Part shown: positions 9,651-19,161 of the stretch, piece after piece
How the letters are laid out: every line of letters starts with the position of its first letter
Numbering within the stretch: the first letter of the stretch is position 1
NCBI GenBank assembly: GCA_040218735.1
Contig: JAVJQW010000012.1
Span: 1 to 64,000, forward strand
DNA length: 64,000 bases
From: Deltaproteobacteria bacterium
GTDB lineage: Bacteria; Myxococcota; Kuafuiibacteriia; Kuafuiibacteriales; Kuafuiibacteriaceae
Direction: 5' to 3'
The notes under the pieces: generated by a model
The model's input: only the letters and a program-made list of their open reading frames with translations
What the model was told of the DNA's origin: nothing
Database searches by the model: none
Position numbers and translations under genes: made by a program

Positions 9651-11240
9651 GTGATTCGGGACACGCGGCCAGCCCAAGCGTTCGTGATCGGGATTGGGAT
9701 CGTCTTCGCCGGGCCCGCCTTCGGGTTCGGCGGCGTCTTCACACCAGACCGCGGTGCGGACACCGAGCCGGTCGACCTCGAGCTCGCGCGGGTCGTGTTC
9801 GAGGTCGACGAAGGGCAGATCACCGCGCACGTCTCGATGGGGTTCGTCGGGACGCCCGACGAGATCGCGTGGGTACTTCCGGTCTCGGATGTGCCGACGG
9901 TCGAGGAGTCGTCGTACGAGCTGATGGCCGCGCTCGAACACGCGAGCGGGCTCTCGGTGCGGATGCCCGCCTCCGAACCGTGCCTCGCGCCGGACGTCAC
10001 CGCGTCGATGGAGACCGAGTCCGGCTGCGCGTGCGGTGGCGCATCGACGCTGCCCGGGGATCCGACGCGCCTCGCCGGCGAAGAGACCGAGCACCCGCCC
10101 GTGCGGAGCTACGGTACGACAATGACCACGAGCTACGAGGTCGAGACGATCGGCGCCGCGACGAGTGACATCCTGATCGACGCGCTGCGCACGCGCGGCT
10201 TCGCGGTGAGCGACAACATGGCGCCCGCGATGGACCGTTACCGCAGCGTCGGCATGAAGTTCGTGTTGATTCGCCTGCGCAACGACGCGTCCGCGCGTCA
10301 GACGGCGCCGCTCGCGCTGACGTACCCCGGCGACACGCCGACCATCCCGCTCGCGCTGACGGGGGTCGCGGCGCGGCCGTACTTCGGACTGTTGGTCACG
10401 GTGCTCGGCGAGTCGACGTACATGCCGCGCAACTTCGTCGGCATCGCTCCGTCGACGGACGAGATCCTCTTCGACGACGCCCACCGCGTGAGTTATTTCG
10501 AATGGATCGCGCGCGCCGCTGCGAGCAGCGCTGGGCACCTGTTCGTCTCCGAGTACATCGGCCTCAACCCGATCGCGAAGGGCACGATGATCGACGGCCA
10601 CGAGATCCGCCACACGTACCTGTCGAGGTTCTTCACGCGCATCAGCCCGGAGCACATGGACGACGACCCCGAGTTCACGCGCCACCCCGACCCGACCTAC
10701 CGAATGAACGGCCGACTCGACCTGATCGAAGAGCCGTCGCTCTACATGTGCAACGAGCTCGTCGAGGAGCGCCTCCCCTCCCCCTGCGCGTTCAACTTCT
10801 GCGGCGAGGGCGGCGAGTGCACCGTGGTCGACGGCCAGGTCGGCTGCATCTGCGCGCCGGGCGACGTCGCCGAGCGCATCACGAGCCCCGACGGCGAAGA
10901 CCGTGTCGTCTGCGCGCCGCGCACGCAGGCGTTTGCGCTCGAGCTCGAGGATCCGCCCGCCGTCGATCCGTGCGGCCTCGCGGACTGCGGCGAGGGCGCG
11001 TGCGTCGTCAAACACGGGCGCGCCACGTGTGATTGCCTCCCCGGCATGACGGCCCAGCTCGACGGGGACTTCGTCCTGTGCGCCGAGACGCCGGCCAACG
11101 CGGAGACGTTCGGGCCCGGCGCCGGCATCGAGTCGCGGCCGATGACGATGACCAGCGCCGCGATCGACCGCGAATCGCCGGCCTACGCCGCCGCGCTTTG
11201 GCTCGTGCTCGCCGTGGCGCTCCGCCTGCGCCGCCGCTGA
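9651..11240 (+). CDS. DUF2330-like protein with EGF-like repeats and C-terminal membrane anchor
   Basis: G.PDEIAWVLPV...P.V, GMKFVLIRL, PL.LTYP...PTIPL.LT.VAA and LSRFFTRISPE.M..DP.F; Cys-rich EGF-like repeats; tail LWLVLAVALRLRRR. The real start is probably GTG 9651 within ORF 8532..11240. Confidence 0.75.
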   Translation: MIRDTRPAQAFVIGIGIVFAGPAFGFGGVFTPDRGADTEPVDLELARVVFEVDEGQITAHVSMGFVGTPDEIAWVLPVSDVPTVEESSYELMAALEHASGLSVRMPASEPCLAPDVTASMETESGCACGGASTLPGDPTRLAGEETEHPPVRSYGTTMTTSYEVETIGAATSDILIDALRTRGFAVSDNMAPAMDRYRSVGMKFVLIRLRNDASARQTAPLALTYPGDTPTIPLALTGVAARPYFGLLVTVLGESTYMPRNFVGIAPSTDEILFDDAHRVSYFEWIARAAASSAGHLFVSEYIGLNPIAKGTMIDGHEIRHTYLSRFFTRISPEHMDDDPEFTRHPDPTYRMNGRLDLIEEPSLYMCNELVEERLPSPCAFNFCGEGGECTVVDGQVGCICAPGDVAERITSPDGEDRVVCAPRTQAFALELEDPPAVDPCGLADCGEGACVVKHGRATCDCLPGMTAQLDGDFVLCAETPANAETFGPGAGIESRPMTMTSAAIDRESPAYAAALWLVLAVALRLRRR

Positions 11241-11346
11241 AACCTCCCGATCCCCGGACAACGCCTCCCCTCGCGCGCCACTTCGCGCTAAGTATGATCG
11301 TCGAGGCACCGCCGCGCACGTCCTGCGCCCACGCTCGAAAGGACCC

Positions 11347-12855
11347 ATGATGACTCAGCGCTCCACCCTCACGTTTGTGCTCGCCCTCGCGGCGGCGCTC
11401 CCGATCGCCTGCAGTGGCGGCGACGACGACGACGGGACCGTCATCAAACCCCCGCGCGACGGCGGAATGGTGGAGCGCGACGGCGGCGACGTCACGGGGC
11501 GCGACGGCGGCCCTCGCGACGGCGGCGCGACACCGCGGGACGGCGGCATGACGCCGCGCGACGGGGGTTCGGCGGCGGTGTGCGGCAACGGGATCTGCGA
11601 GCCGGGAGAGAACGCCGTGAGCTGCGCGGCGGACTGCGCCGGCGGGCCGTGCCCCCGCGGCACGGAGGGCTGCGCGTGTAGCTCGAGCTTCACGGCCGGC
11701 GACATGGCCTACGCGCAGGACGACTGCGCCGACACCGCACACCTCTGCATCCCGTGGGACACGCTCTCCGGGAACATGATGCTGACGGGCCCGCTGCAGA
11801 GCTGTGTGCAGCCCTGCACCAACGACTCCGAGTGCGGCAACAACGCGAACGGTACGGGGCGTCGCTGCGTGAACATGGACATCACCGGCATCGCCGGCGC
11901 CCCCGACATCGGTTCGGTCTGTGTGGATCGCGAAGCGGACCTCGATCAGATCTGCGGAGGCTCGCGCAACACCACCTCGGTGGTCACCGACGTCAACGTG
12001 ATCACCGGGATGGAGATGGTCGGCTGCGCGAACGACGCGACGTGCCTGTTCAACGTCGGCCTCAACCCGGACGAAGGCGTCTGCACGCAGCTGTGCGGTG
12101 CGGGTCGGCCGATGTGCCCGATGGAAGCGCCCTACTGCAACCCGGGCCTCATCAACCTCGGCGACGGCGAGATGGCCGGCGTCTGCAACGTGGCCCAGCT
12201 CGGCTTCGGCGCGTTCTGTGACTTCACGGACGACCCGAACGGCGCGGGCTTCACGGCCTTCTGCGATCAGGGCGGCGCGGCGGATCTCGCGTGCCTCAAC
12301 CTGCGCCCGATCAATATCCCGGCGGGCATCTGCATCGAGGAGTGCAACGTGGGCGGCACCGGCATGGACGATCCGTGCGTCTCGACCGACGCGACGAACC
12401 CCGTCGAGTGCGTCGTGCTCGACGCGATGACCGGCGACGGCGTCTGCATCCACACCAACGCCCCCGGCTTCCCGGACATGTGCCCGGGCGCGGGCGCGTT
12501 CAACCTCGGCCGCCAGGGCTTCGGCGTCGTGTTCGGCCAGAGCCAGATCCCGGCGAGCTGGTGTGTGCCGCGCCTCGGTCCGACGGTGGCCCCGAGCGCC
12601 CTCAGCTCCGTGGGTCAGCTCTCGCTGCAGGGCGGCAACTGCCAAGCCACGCCGCTCGACGGCTTCCGCTGCCCGGAGCCCAGCCTGTGCGTCGGCGACG
12701 GCCAGGGCGGCGGCCTCTGCATCGTGGGGTGCGAGCTCGCGGACGGCGCGGGGACCTGCGCGGCCGACCTCATGACGATCGGCGTCGCCAACACCGGCGC
12801 GACCTGCATCATGACCGGCACCAGCACCGTCGTCGGCCTCTGCGGCGGCGACTGA
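11347..12855 (+). CDS. Cys-rich lipoprotein (paralog A)
   Basis: Lipobox PIAC, RDGG-repeat linker, CGNGICEPGEN..SC..DC repeat, many paired Cys; ends GLCGGD. Confidence 0.85.
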   Translation: MMTQRSTLTFVLALAAALPIACSGGDDDDGTVIKPPRDGGMVERDGGDVTGRDGGPRDGGATPRDGGMTPRDGGSAAVCGNGICEPGENAVSCAADCAGGPCPRGTEGCACSSSFTAGDMAYAQDDCADTAHLCIPWDTLSGNMMLTGPLQSCVQPCTNDSECGNNANGTGRRCVNMDITGIAGAPDIGSVCVDREADLDQICGGSRNTTSVVTDVNVITGMEMVGCANDATCLFNVGLNPDEGVCTQLCGAGRPMCPMEAPYCNPGLINLGDGEMAGVCNVAQLGFGAFCDFTDDPNGAGFTAFCDQGGAADLACLNLRPINIPAGICIEECNVGGTGMDDPCVSTDATNPVECVVLDAMTGDGVCIHTNAPGFPDMCPGAGAFNLGRQGFGVVFGQSQIPASWCVPRLGPTVAPSALSSVGQLSLQGGNCQATPLDGFRCPEPSLCVGDGQGGGLCIVGCELADGAGTCAADLMTIGVANTGATCIMTGTSTVVGLCGGD

Positions 12856-12919
12856 CGTCCGCGTGACCGGCATCGTGACCGGCACCAGCACCGTCGTCGG
12901 CCTCTGCGGCGGCGACTGA
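12806..12919 (+). repeat. Direct duplication of the last 50 bp of the upstream gene
   Basis: 12806-12855 and 12870-12919 match at 49/50, including the stop codon. Confidence 0.95.
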
Positions 12920-12989
12920 TCCCTTCGCGGGAGCGTGCGCGCCCTCGCACCCCTCGCGTTCTCCCTCCTCCTGAAGCAGAATACGCCTG

Positions 12990-14660
12990 ATGTACCTCTG
13001 CGCCCGGTCCTGCCTCGCCCTCGCGTTCACCGCGACCTTCGCCCTGGCCTGTAGCGGCAACGACCGCGGCGACGACGACCCGCTACAGCTCCCCCGCGAC
13101 AGTGGCGAGGTCGAGCGCGACGCGGGGAGCGTCGTGCGCGACGGCGGCAACAACCGCGACGCCGGTGACACCCGCGACGGCGGCAGCTTCCGCGACGGCG
13201 GCCAACGCGATGGTGGCGCGACGCGCGACGGCGGCCCGAGAGACGGCGGTAGCCTCCGCGACAGTGGTTCGTCGACGCCGCGCGACGGTGGCGTGCCGCC
13301 CCCCGACGCCGGCGCGCCCGGTTTCTGTGGCAACGGCATCTGCGAAGACGGGACGAACGGCACGCCGAACCTCGGCGAGAACTTCATCGTCTGCCCCGCC
13401 GACTGCTCGCCGCCGGTCGCGTGCCCGCCCGGCCAAGAGGGTTGCCCGTGCACCTCGTCGTTCGTCCCGGGCGCGACGGCGTACGCGCAGGACAACTGTG
13501 CGACGGGCGACCTCTGCATCCCCTGGGACGCGTTGTCCACGGTGCCGGGCGGCCTCACCGGCCCGGTGCAGTCCTGCGTCAGCCCCTGTGTCGTCGACGC
13601 CGACTGCGGCGTCGGCCCGAACGGTCCTCGGTTCTGCGCGAACCTCGACGTCCTCGTAACGAACGGCCCGCCCGTCGGCACGGTGTGCGTCGACCGCATC
13701 GCCGGCATCGACGAGTTCTGCGGTGGGTCGCGCAACACGACGCCCCGGTTGTCGGGCGCGACGAACGTGACGGGTTCGGAGATGGTCGGCTGCCCCGGCG
13801 ACGCTCGGTGTCTGTTCGGCGCGGTCAGCACCTTCGACCCCGACGAAGGCGCCTGTGTCCAGTTCTGCGGTGCGGGCCTCCCGCAGTGTGATCCCACGGT
13901 GCCGTACTGCAACCCGGTCGACTTCCCGCTCGGCTCGCGCGTCGGCACCAGCACCGTCGGAACCAGCACCGCCGGCGCGACGAACGTCGGCTTCTGCAAC
14001 GTGGCCCAGCTCGGGTTCGGCTCGCTCAGCAACCTCACCGAGTCGCCGGACGTCGCCGGCTTCGCGTCGCTCTGCGACGCCGCCGCCCCCGCCGACCTGG
14101 TCACGCTCGATCTCAACGTCATCGCCATCCCGGGCGCGCTTTGTGTCGAGGAGTGCAACCAAGGCGGCACCCAACCGGACAGCCCGTGTGTCACGGTCGA
14201 CGCGAACAACCCGGTGGTGTGCGCCGTGCTCGACTTCGCCACGGGCGACGGCATCTGCATCCACAGCAACGCCTCCGCCTTCCCGGACACGTGCCAGGGC
14301 GTGGGCGCCTACGGGCTCGGGCGACAGGAGTTCGGCGTCGTCTTCGGCAGCGCACAGATCCCCGCGAGCTGGTGCCTCGATCGCATGCCCCCCGCGCTGA
14401 CGCCTGGCGCGCTCAGCTCCGCCGGCGCGCTCACCTCACCTGGCGACAACTGCGGCGCGATCGGCCTCGACTTCCTGCGCTGCCCCGAGCCCGCGTTCTG
14501 CGCCGGCAACGGCGCAGGGGGCGGCGTGTGCCTCGCCGGCTGCGCCCTCGGCGGCACGACGTGTGCGGCGTCCCTGACGACACTCGGCAGCCCGGCGGCC
14601 AACGCGACCTGCACGATGATCGGCATCGGCGGCACCGAAGGCGTCTGCGGCGGCGACTGA
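12990..14660 (+). CDS. Cys-rich lipoprotein (paralog B)
   Basis: Lipobox ALAC, RDGG linker; colinear with 11347..12855 (LCIPWD.LS, LTGP.QSCV.PC, CGGSRNTT, CNVAQLGFG, QIPASWC); ends GVCGGD. Confidence 0.85.
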   Translation: MYLCARSCLALAFTATFALACSGNDRGDDDPLQLPRDSGEVERDAGSVVRDGGNNRDAGDTRDGGSFRDGGQRDGGATRDGGPRDGGSLRDSGSSTPRDGGVPPPDAGAPGFCGNGICEDGTNGTPNLGENFIVCPADCSPPVACPPGQEGCPCTSSFVPGATAYAQDNCATGDLCIPWDALSTVPGGLTGPVQSCVSPCVVDADCGVGPNGPRFCANLDVLVTNGPPVGTVCVDRIAGIDEFCGGSRNTTPRLSGATNVTGSEMVGCPGDARCLFGAVSTFDPDEGACVQFCGAGLPQCDPTVPYCNPVDFPLGSRVGTSTVGTSTAGATNVGFCNVAQLGFGSLSNLTESPDVAGFASLCDAAAPADLVTLDLNVIAIPGALCVEECNQGGTQPDSPCVTVDANNPVVCAVLDFATGDGICIHSNASAFPDTCQGVGAYGLGRQEFGVVFGSAQIPASWCLDRMPPALTPGALSSAGALTSPGDNCGAIGLDFLRCPEPAFCAGNGAGGGVCLAGCALGGTTCAASLTTLGSPAANATCTMIGIGGTEGVCGGD

Positions 14661-14675
14661 TCCTGCGTATCGGCC

Positions 14676-16037
14676 CTAAGCCGCCCGCGCGCGACGCCGC
14701 GACTTCTTCGGAGCGATTGCCGCGCGCGCGATGCGTTTGTCGAGTCGCGCGCGCCGACGCGTCTGCTCGTCCGCCGACTCGAGCGGCGCGGTGTGCTGCG
14801 CGTGGTACAGCGCGCGGTCGAAGCGCTTGAAGCGGTGCTCCCAGAGCTTCGCCAGCGCGAGGTGCGCGCGCGCCGCTCGCAGGCGGTCCCGCCCCGCGGC
14901 CTCCACGGCCGCGTCGTAGGCCGCGCACGCGCCTTCGTACTCCGCGAATCGCTTCAGTAGATCGCCGCGCAGCAGCTCCGCGTCCGAGGTGACCTCCTCC
15001 GTCCCGCCCCCCTCGGCCGCCGCCGCCGCGAACGACAGCGCGCGTTCGAAGTCCTTCGCGCGCACCGCAACCTTCGCGATCGCGAGGTGGTCGATCGGGT
15101 CGTCGCCGTGGTGCACGTTCTCGATCCGCTCGGAGAGCACTGCGAGCAACGCAGCGAGCGCGACGAGGTCGTTGGCGTTGTGTTCCATGACCAGCGACAG
15201 CACGGCCGAGTTCTTGTGGCGCAGGAACGACCAGTACACGCCCGGGATCTCGGCGCCGTCGATGTCTCGCTCTCGGCGCATGCCCAACACCATCTCCTCC
15301 ATCATGACGAGCCGCGCCGCCCCGAGACGCGGACGGAACACCCGCCGCGCCATGTGGAGCAGGTCCACGTGCGGCCGGTCCGGCGGCGGCGAAACGCGGT
15401 TCATCACGAAGCGGCTACAGATCAGCGGCCAGTCGTACGACTTCCCGTTGTACGTCACGATGCACGTGCTGCGCTCCACGAGAGCGTGCAGCCGCCGCAG
15501 CATCGGCGACTCCTCGCCGAGGTTCTCGAGGAGCAGCTGCTCGATCACCAGCGACTCGTCCTCGAACCACGCCACCCCGATCAGGAACGGCACCGTCCCC
15601 GCGCCCATCGAGAGCCCCGTCGTCTCCGTGTCGAGGAACAGCGCGCCCGACAGGTCGATCGACGCGAGCTTCGCGTCGAGCGCGAGCTTCGCGATCATCT
15701 GCGGGCACGCTTCGAGCGCGCTGCGCACCGGTATCGTCCCGTGGCAGTGGTGCGGCTCGAGGACGTGCACCTGTCGAAAGTACGTGCCGAACCCGTCGTC
15801 GAGGCGCTCACCGACGAGCTGCCGGCCGTCGTCGACGCCGAGCCGTCCCTCCAACCGCTCCTGCGTGACCACCGGCGGCCCCGGCGGCTTCTTCTGCACC
15901 GCGGCGATCAGGCGCTTCAGCGCGTCGATCTGGCCGGCCCGATCCTCCGGCATCGTCAGCGCGACCGGCGCCGCTGTCTTTCGGCTCCCCGGCCCCGCGT
16001 CGGGGAGGCGCCGCAGGCGCTCCGCGAATCCCACCAT
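14676..16037 (-). CDS. RNase H-like (YprB/MrfB-like) exonuclease with TPR-like C-terminus
   Basis: LFLDTETTGL, VTYNGKSYDWP, HVDLLH, R..DIDG.EIP..Y, HNANDL. Confidence 0.88.
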   Translation of the reverse strand: MVGFAERLRRLPDAGPGSRKTAAPVALTMPEDRAGQIDALKRLIAAVQKKPPGPPVVTQERLEGRLGVDDGRQLVGERLDDGFGTYFRQVHVLEPHHCHGTIPVRSALEACPQMIAKLALDAKLASIDLSGALFLDTETTGLSMGAGTVPFLIGVAWFEDESLVIEQLLLENLGEESPMLRRLHALVERSTCIVTYNGKSYDWPLICSRFVMNRVSPPPDRPHVDLLHMARRVFRPRLGAARLVMMEEMVLGMRRERDIDGAEIPGVYWSFLRHKNSAVLSLVMEHNANDLVALAALLAVLSERIENVHHGDDPIDHLAIAKVAVRAKDFERALSFAAAAAEGGGTEEVTSDAELLRGDLLKRFAEYEGACAAYDAAVEAAGRDRLRAARAHLALAKLWEHRFKRFDRALYHAQHTAPLESADEQTRRRARLDKRIARAAIAPKKSRRRARAA

Positions 16038-16042
16038 CGTCT

Positions 16043-18433
16043 TCAGAACCCCATCAACGTCAGCACCCGTCGTGCGACGTGTTTCTTCGTGAAGTGCGGC
16101 TCGTGCACCTCACCGATCATCGGCCCCGTGCACGACGGGCAGCCGTGCGCGCAGGCGCACGCATCGAGCAGCCGCGCGGCGCGCCCGAGCAGCCCGACGC
16201 GAACTTCGAACAGGCGCGCCGCGAGCCCGACGCCCCCCGGCACGGTGTCGTACAGATAGAGCGTCGGCTCGAAGCGGCGGTCGACCTTCCCGGCGTCGTC
16301 CACGCCGACGCCCGGCTCGTCCACCAGCGCGCGCGAGACGTCACGCGGATCCATCATCAACCCGACCGCGCCGACCGAGTGCATCACCGCGAGCAGTCCG
16401 ACGAGCCCCTCGTTGACCACCGCGCGCGGCGCCTCGATCGCGTTCAGGATCACCTCCGGTATCGTGATCCAGAAGGCGGTCGTCGCCTTCTCGATCTCCG
16501 GGAGGTTCACGTCGCCGTAACCCACGTTCTCGTGCGTGTGGAACTTGATCTTCTTGAAGCCCACGACCTTCTCGACGACGTCGACTTCCCCGAGCCCCGC
16601 GATCACCCCGCCCTCGGGCAGCGGCGCGCTCTCGTACTCGTCGAGCACCGACACCCGCGTCCGCGTCAGCGCCGTGGTGTAGTAGTCCGGCTCGACGCGC
16701 CGCACGTAGGCCTTGTGGTTGGCGTAGTCGAGGTACTCGACCTGATGCTGCCGCCCGTCGTGCTGATAGATCGCCTGCTCGTGCAGCATGGTGTGCGTCG
16801 ACCGGAAGTCCATCTCCGCGATCGTGTGCTGCGACTCGGCGTCGATGATCACGAAGTTGTTCCAGCTCGGGCTCCGCAGTGAGACCTCGTTCGCGGGGTA
16901 CGCATCCGTCGCCCAGTGATAGACCGTCCGCCCCCCGCGCCCCGGCACCGGGTGCACGACCTTGTGCTCCTCGAGGAACGTCAGCGCGTCCGCCACCGAG
17001 GACGGCTCGACGTCGCCGAAGCCCTCCCCCGCCTCGAACGGCAGCTCGAACGCCGCACACTTGAGGTGCTGCACGAGGATCTCCACATTGTCCGGATCGA
17101 CCCGCGCCTCCTCGATCGCCGCCGACACCAGGTGCTCCGGCGCCCGCGCGATGAACTGGTCCAGCGGCGCGCTCGACGTCACGAGCACCGCGAGGCTCTC
17201 CGCGCTCCGCCGCCCGCCGCGCCCGAACCGCTGCCACGTCGCCGCCATCGTGCCCGGGAAGCCCGCGCACACCACGGCGTCCAGCGCGCCGATGTCGATG
17301 CCGAGCTCCAGCGCGTTCGTCGCGACGACGCCGCGAATGCTCCCGTCCCGCAACGCGGCCTCGATGCGGCGTCGCTCCTTCGGGAGGTACCCGCCGCGAT
17401 ACGCGACGATCGCGTCCCGCGATATGCGGTCCGGCGCGAGGCGATCGCGCAGGTACTTCAGCATCACCTCGACGTTGTTCCGGCTCTGCCCGAACACCAT
17501 CGTCGACACCCCCGCACGAATCAGATCCGCCGCGATGCGCACGGCGCACTTGAGGTAGCTCTCGCGGATCCCGAGCGTCGGGTCGAGGAGCGCCGGGTTG
17601 TAGATCATCACGCGCCGCTTCCCCGTCGGCGCGCCGCTCTCGTCGACCAGCGCGACGTCGCGCCCCACCAACCGCTTCGCGTGCTCCGCCGGGTTGCCGA
17701 TCGTCGCCGACGAGAACAACACCTGCGGCCGCGCGCCGTGGAACGCGGCGATCCTCAGCAGCCGCCGCATGACGTTCGCGAGGTGCGAGCCGAACACGCC
17801 ACGGTAGGTGTGCAGCTCGTCGATCACCACGTGCGTCAGGTTCGCGAAGAACCGCGCCCACCCCGCGTGGTGCGGCAGGATGCCCGCGTGCAGCATGTCC
17901 GGGTTGGTGATCAACACGCCGCTGCGGTCCCGCGCCGCGCGCCGTGCATCACCCGGGGTGTCGCCGTCGAAGGTGATCGCGCCATGCGAGAGCCCGGCGT
18001 CCCGCAGAAAGGCGGCGAGCGAGCTCTCTTGGTCGCGCGACAACGCCTTCGTCGGGAACAGGTACAGCGCCCGCGCGTCGCTCTTGCGCGCGAGGGCGTC
18101 GAGGACCGGCAGGTTGTAACAGAGGCTCTTGCCGGACGCGGTCGGCGTCGCCACCACGACGTCCTGCCCCGACGCCGCGAGCTCGAACGCCCGCGCCTGG
18201 TGCGTGTAGACCTTCTCGATCTGGCGGGCCTTCAGCGCGTAGCGGACGGCCGGCGACAGCGCCTTCGGAATCTCGGCGTACGCCGCGGGGGTCGCCGGCT
18301 GCTCCACGTCGAGCGCGACGTTCTTCACGAACGCCGGCGAGCTCGCCCACCTTGCGAGCACGGAAGGAAGCCCGTACTCTCTCGACCAAGGCGCCGCCTG
18401 ACGGCGCTCGAACGCCACACTCGATTCGGCCAT
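16043..18433 (-). CDS. DEAD/DEAH helicase with DUF1998 (YprA/MrfA/Hrq1 family)
   Basis: TPTASGKSLCY, FPTKALSRDQ, DELHTYRGVFGSH, SATIGNP, TNALELGIDIG; C-terminal LYD..PGG.G and CACAHGCPSC. Confidence 0.92.
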   Translation of the reverse strand: MAESSVAFERRQAAPWSREYGLPSVLARWASSPAFVKNVALDVEQPATPAAYAEIPKALSPAVRYALKARQIEKVYTHQARAFELAASGQDVVVATPTASGKSLCYNLPVLDALARKSDARALYLFPTKALSRDQESSLAAFLRDAGLSHGAITFDGDTPGDARRAARDRSGVLITNPDMLHAGILPHHAGWARFFANLTHVVIDELHTYRGVFGSHLANVMRRLLRIAAFHGARPQVLFSSATIGNPAEHAKRLVGRDVALVDESGAPTGKRRVMIYNPALLDPTLGIRESYLKCAVRIAADLIRAGVSTMVFGQSRNNVEVMLKYLRDRLAPDRISRDAIVAYRGGYLPKERRRIEAALRDGSIRGVVATNALELGIDIGALDAVVCAGFPGTMAATWQRFGRGGRRSAESLAVLVTSSAPLDQFIARAPEHLVSAAIEEARVDPDNVEILVQHLKCAAFELPFEAGEGFGDVEPSSVADALTFLEEHKVVHPVPGRGGRTVYHWATDAYPANEVSLRSPSWNNFVIIDAESQHTIAEMDFRSTHTMLHEQAIYQHDGRQHQVEYLDYANHKAYVRRVEPDYYTTALTRTRVSVLDEYESAPLPEGGVIAGLGEVDVVEKVVGFKKIKFHTHENVGYGDVNLPEIEKATTAFWITIPEVILNAIEAPRAVVNEGLVGLLAVMHSVGAVGLMMDPRDVSRALVDEPGVGVDDAGKVDRRFEPTLYLYDTVPGGVGLAARLFEVRVGLLGRAARLLDACACAHGCPSCTGPMIGEVHEPHFTKKHVARRVLTLMGF

Positions 18434-18480
18434 CGCGCCGACACTGTACATCCGTTCAGACCACGGATACAAGAGCGACC

Positions 18481-19161
18481 ATGGCGCATTTCAACCGAAA
18501 GTTCTTCGACTTCTTCCGCGAGCTGTCGGTCGAGAACAACCGTACCTGGTTCAACGACAACAAGGCCCGCTACGAGGCCGAGGTCGTCGAGCCGATGCTC
18601 GCGTTCATCGGCGACTTCGCCCCCAAGCTGAAGAAGATCAGCCCGCACTACCTCGCGATACCGAAGAAGACCGGCGGCTCGATGTTCCGCATCTACCGCG
18701 ACACCCGCTTCGCGAAGGACAAGACGCCGTACAAGACACACGGGTCGGCGCACTTCCGCCACGCGCGAGGCAAGGACGTCCACGCCCCCGGCTTCTACCT
18801 CCACCTCGAGCCGAACGAGGTCTTCATGGGCTGCGGCATCTGGCACCCCGACAAAGATCCGCTCCTCGCGATCCGCCGCCGCATCGCCGACGACCCCAAG
18901 GCCTACCAACGTGTCCTGAAGAACAAGAAGTTCGCGGAGCACTTCGAGCTGTCCGGTAGCGCGCTCAAGCGACCGCCGAAGGGCTTCGACGCCGAGCACC
19001 CGATGATCGAAGAGATCAAACGCAAGGACTTCATCGCGGTATCCAACTTCTCGGAGCGCGACGCGTGCAAGGCGGACTTCCTCGATCGTTTCACCGAGCG
19101 CTGCAAAGCCGGCACGCCGCTGATGAAGTTCCTGGCGACGTCCCTCGAGATCGAATGGTGA
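18481..19161 (+). CDS. DUF2461 / TIGR02453 family protein
   Basis: F...L..ENNRTWF..NK.RY, FRIYRDTRFAKDKTPYK, PGFYLHL, LKRPPKGF. Confidence 0.9.
   Translation: MAHFNRKFFDFFRELSVENNRTWFNDNKARYEAEVVEPMLAFIGDFAPKLKKISPHYLAIPKKTGGSMFRIYRDTRFAKDKTPYKTHGSAHFRHARGKDVHAPGFYLHLEPNEVFMGCGIWHPDKDPLLAIRRRIADDPKAYQRVLKNKKFAEHFELSGSALKRPPKGFDAEHPMIEEIKRKDFIAVSNFSERDACKADFLDRFTERCKAGTPLMKFLATSLEIEW

Noticed and set aside
14676-18433. DISARM/Druantia-type defence system
   Set aside because: The DUF1998 helicase is paired with a YprB-like nuclease, with no methylase or other defence genes nearby.
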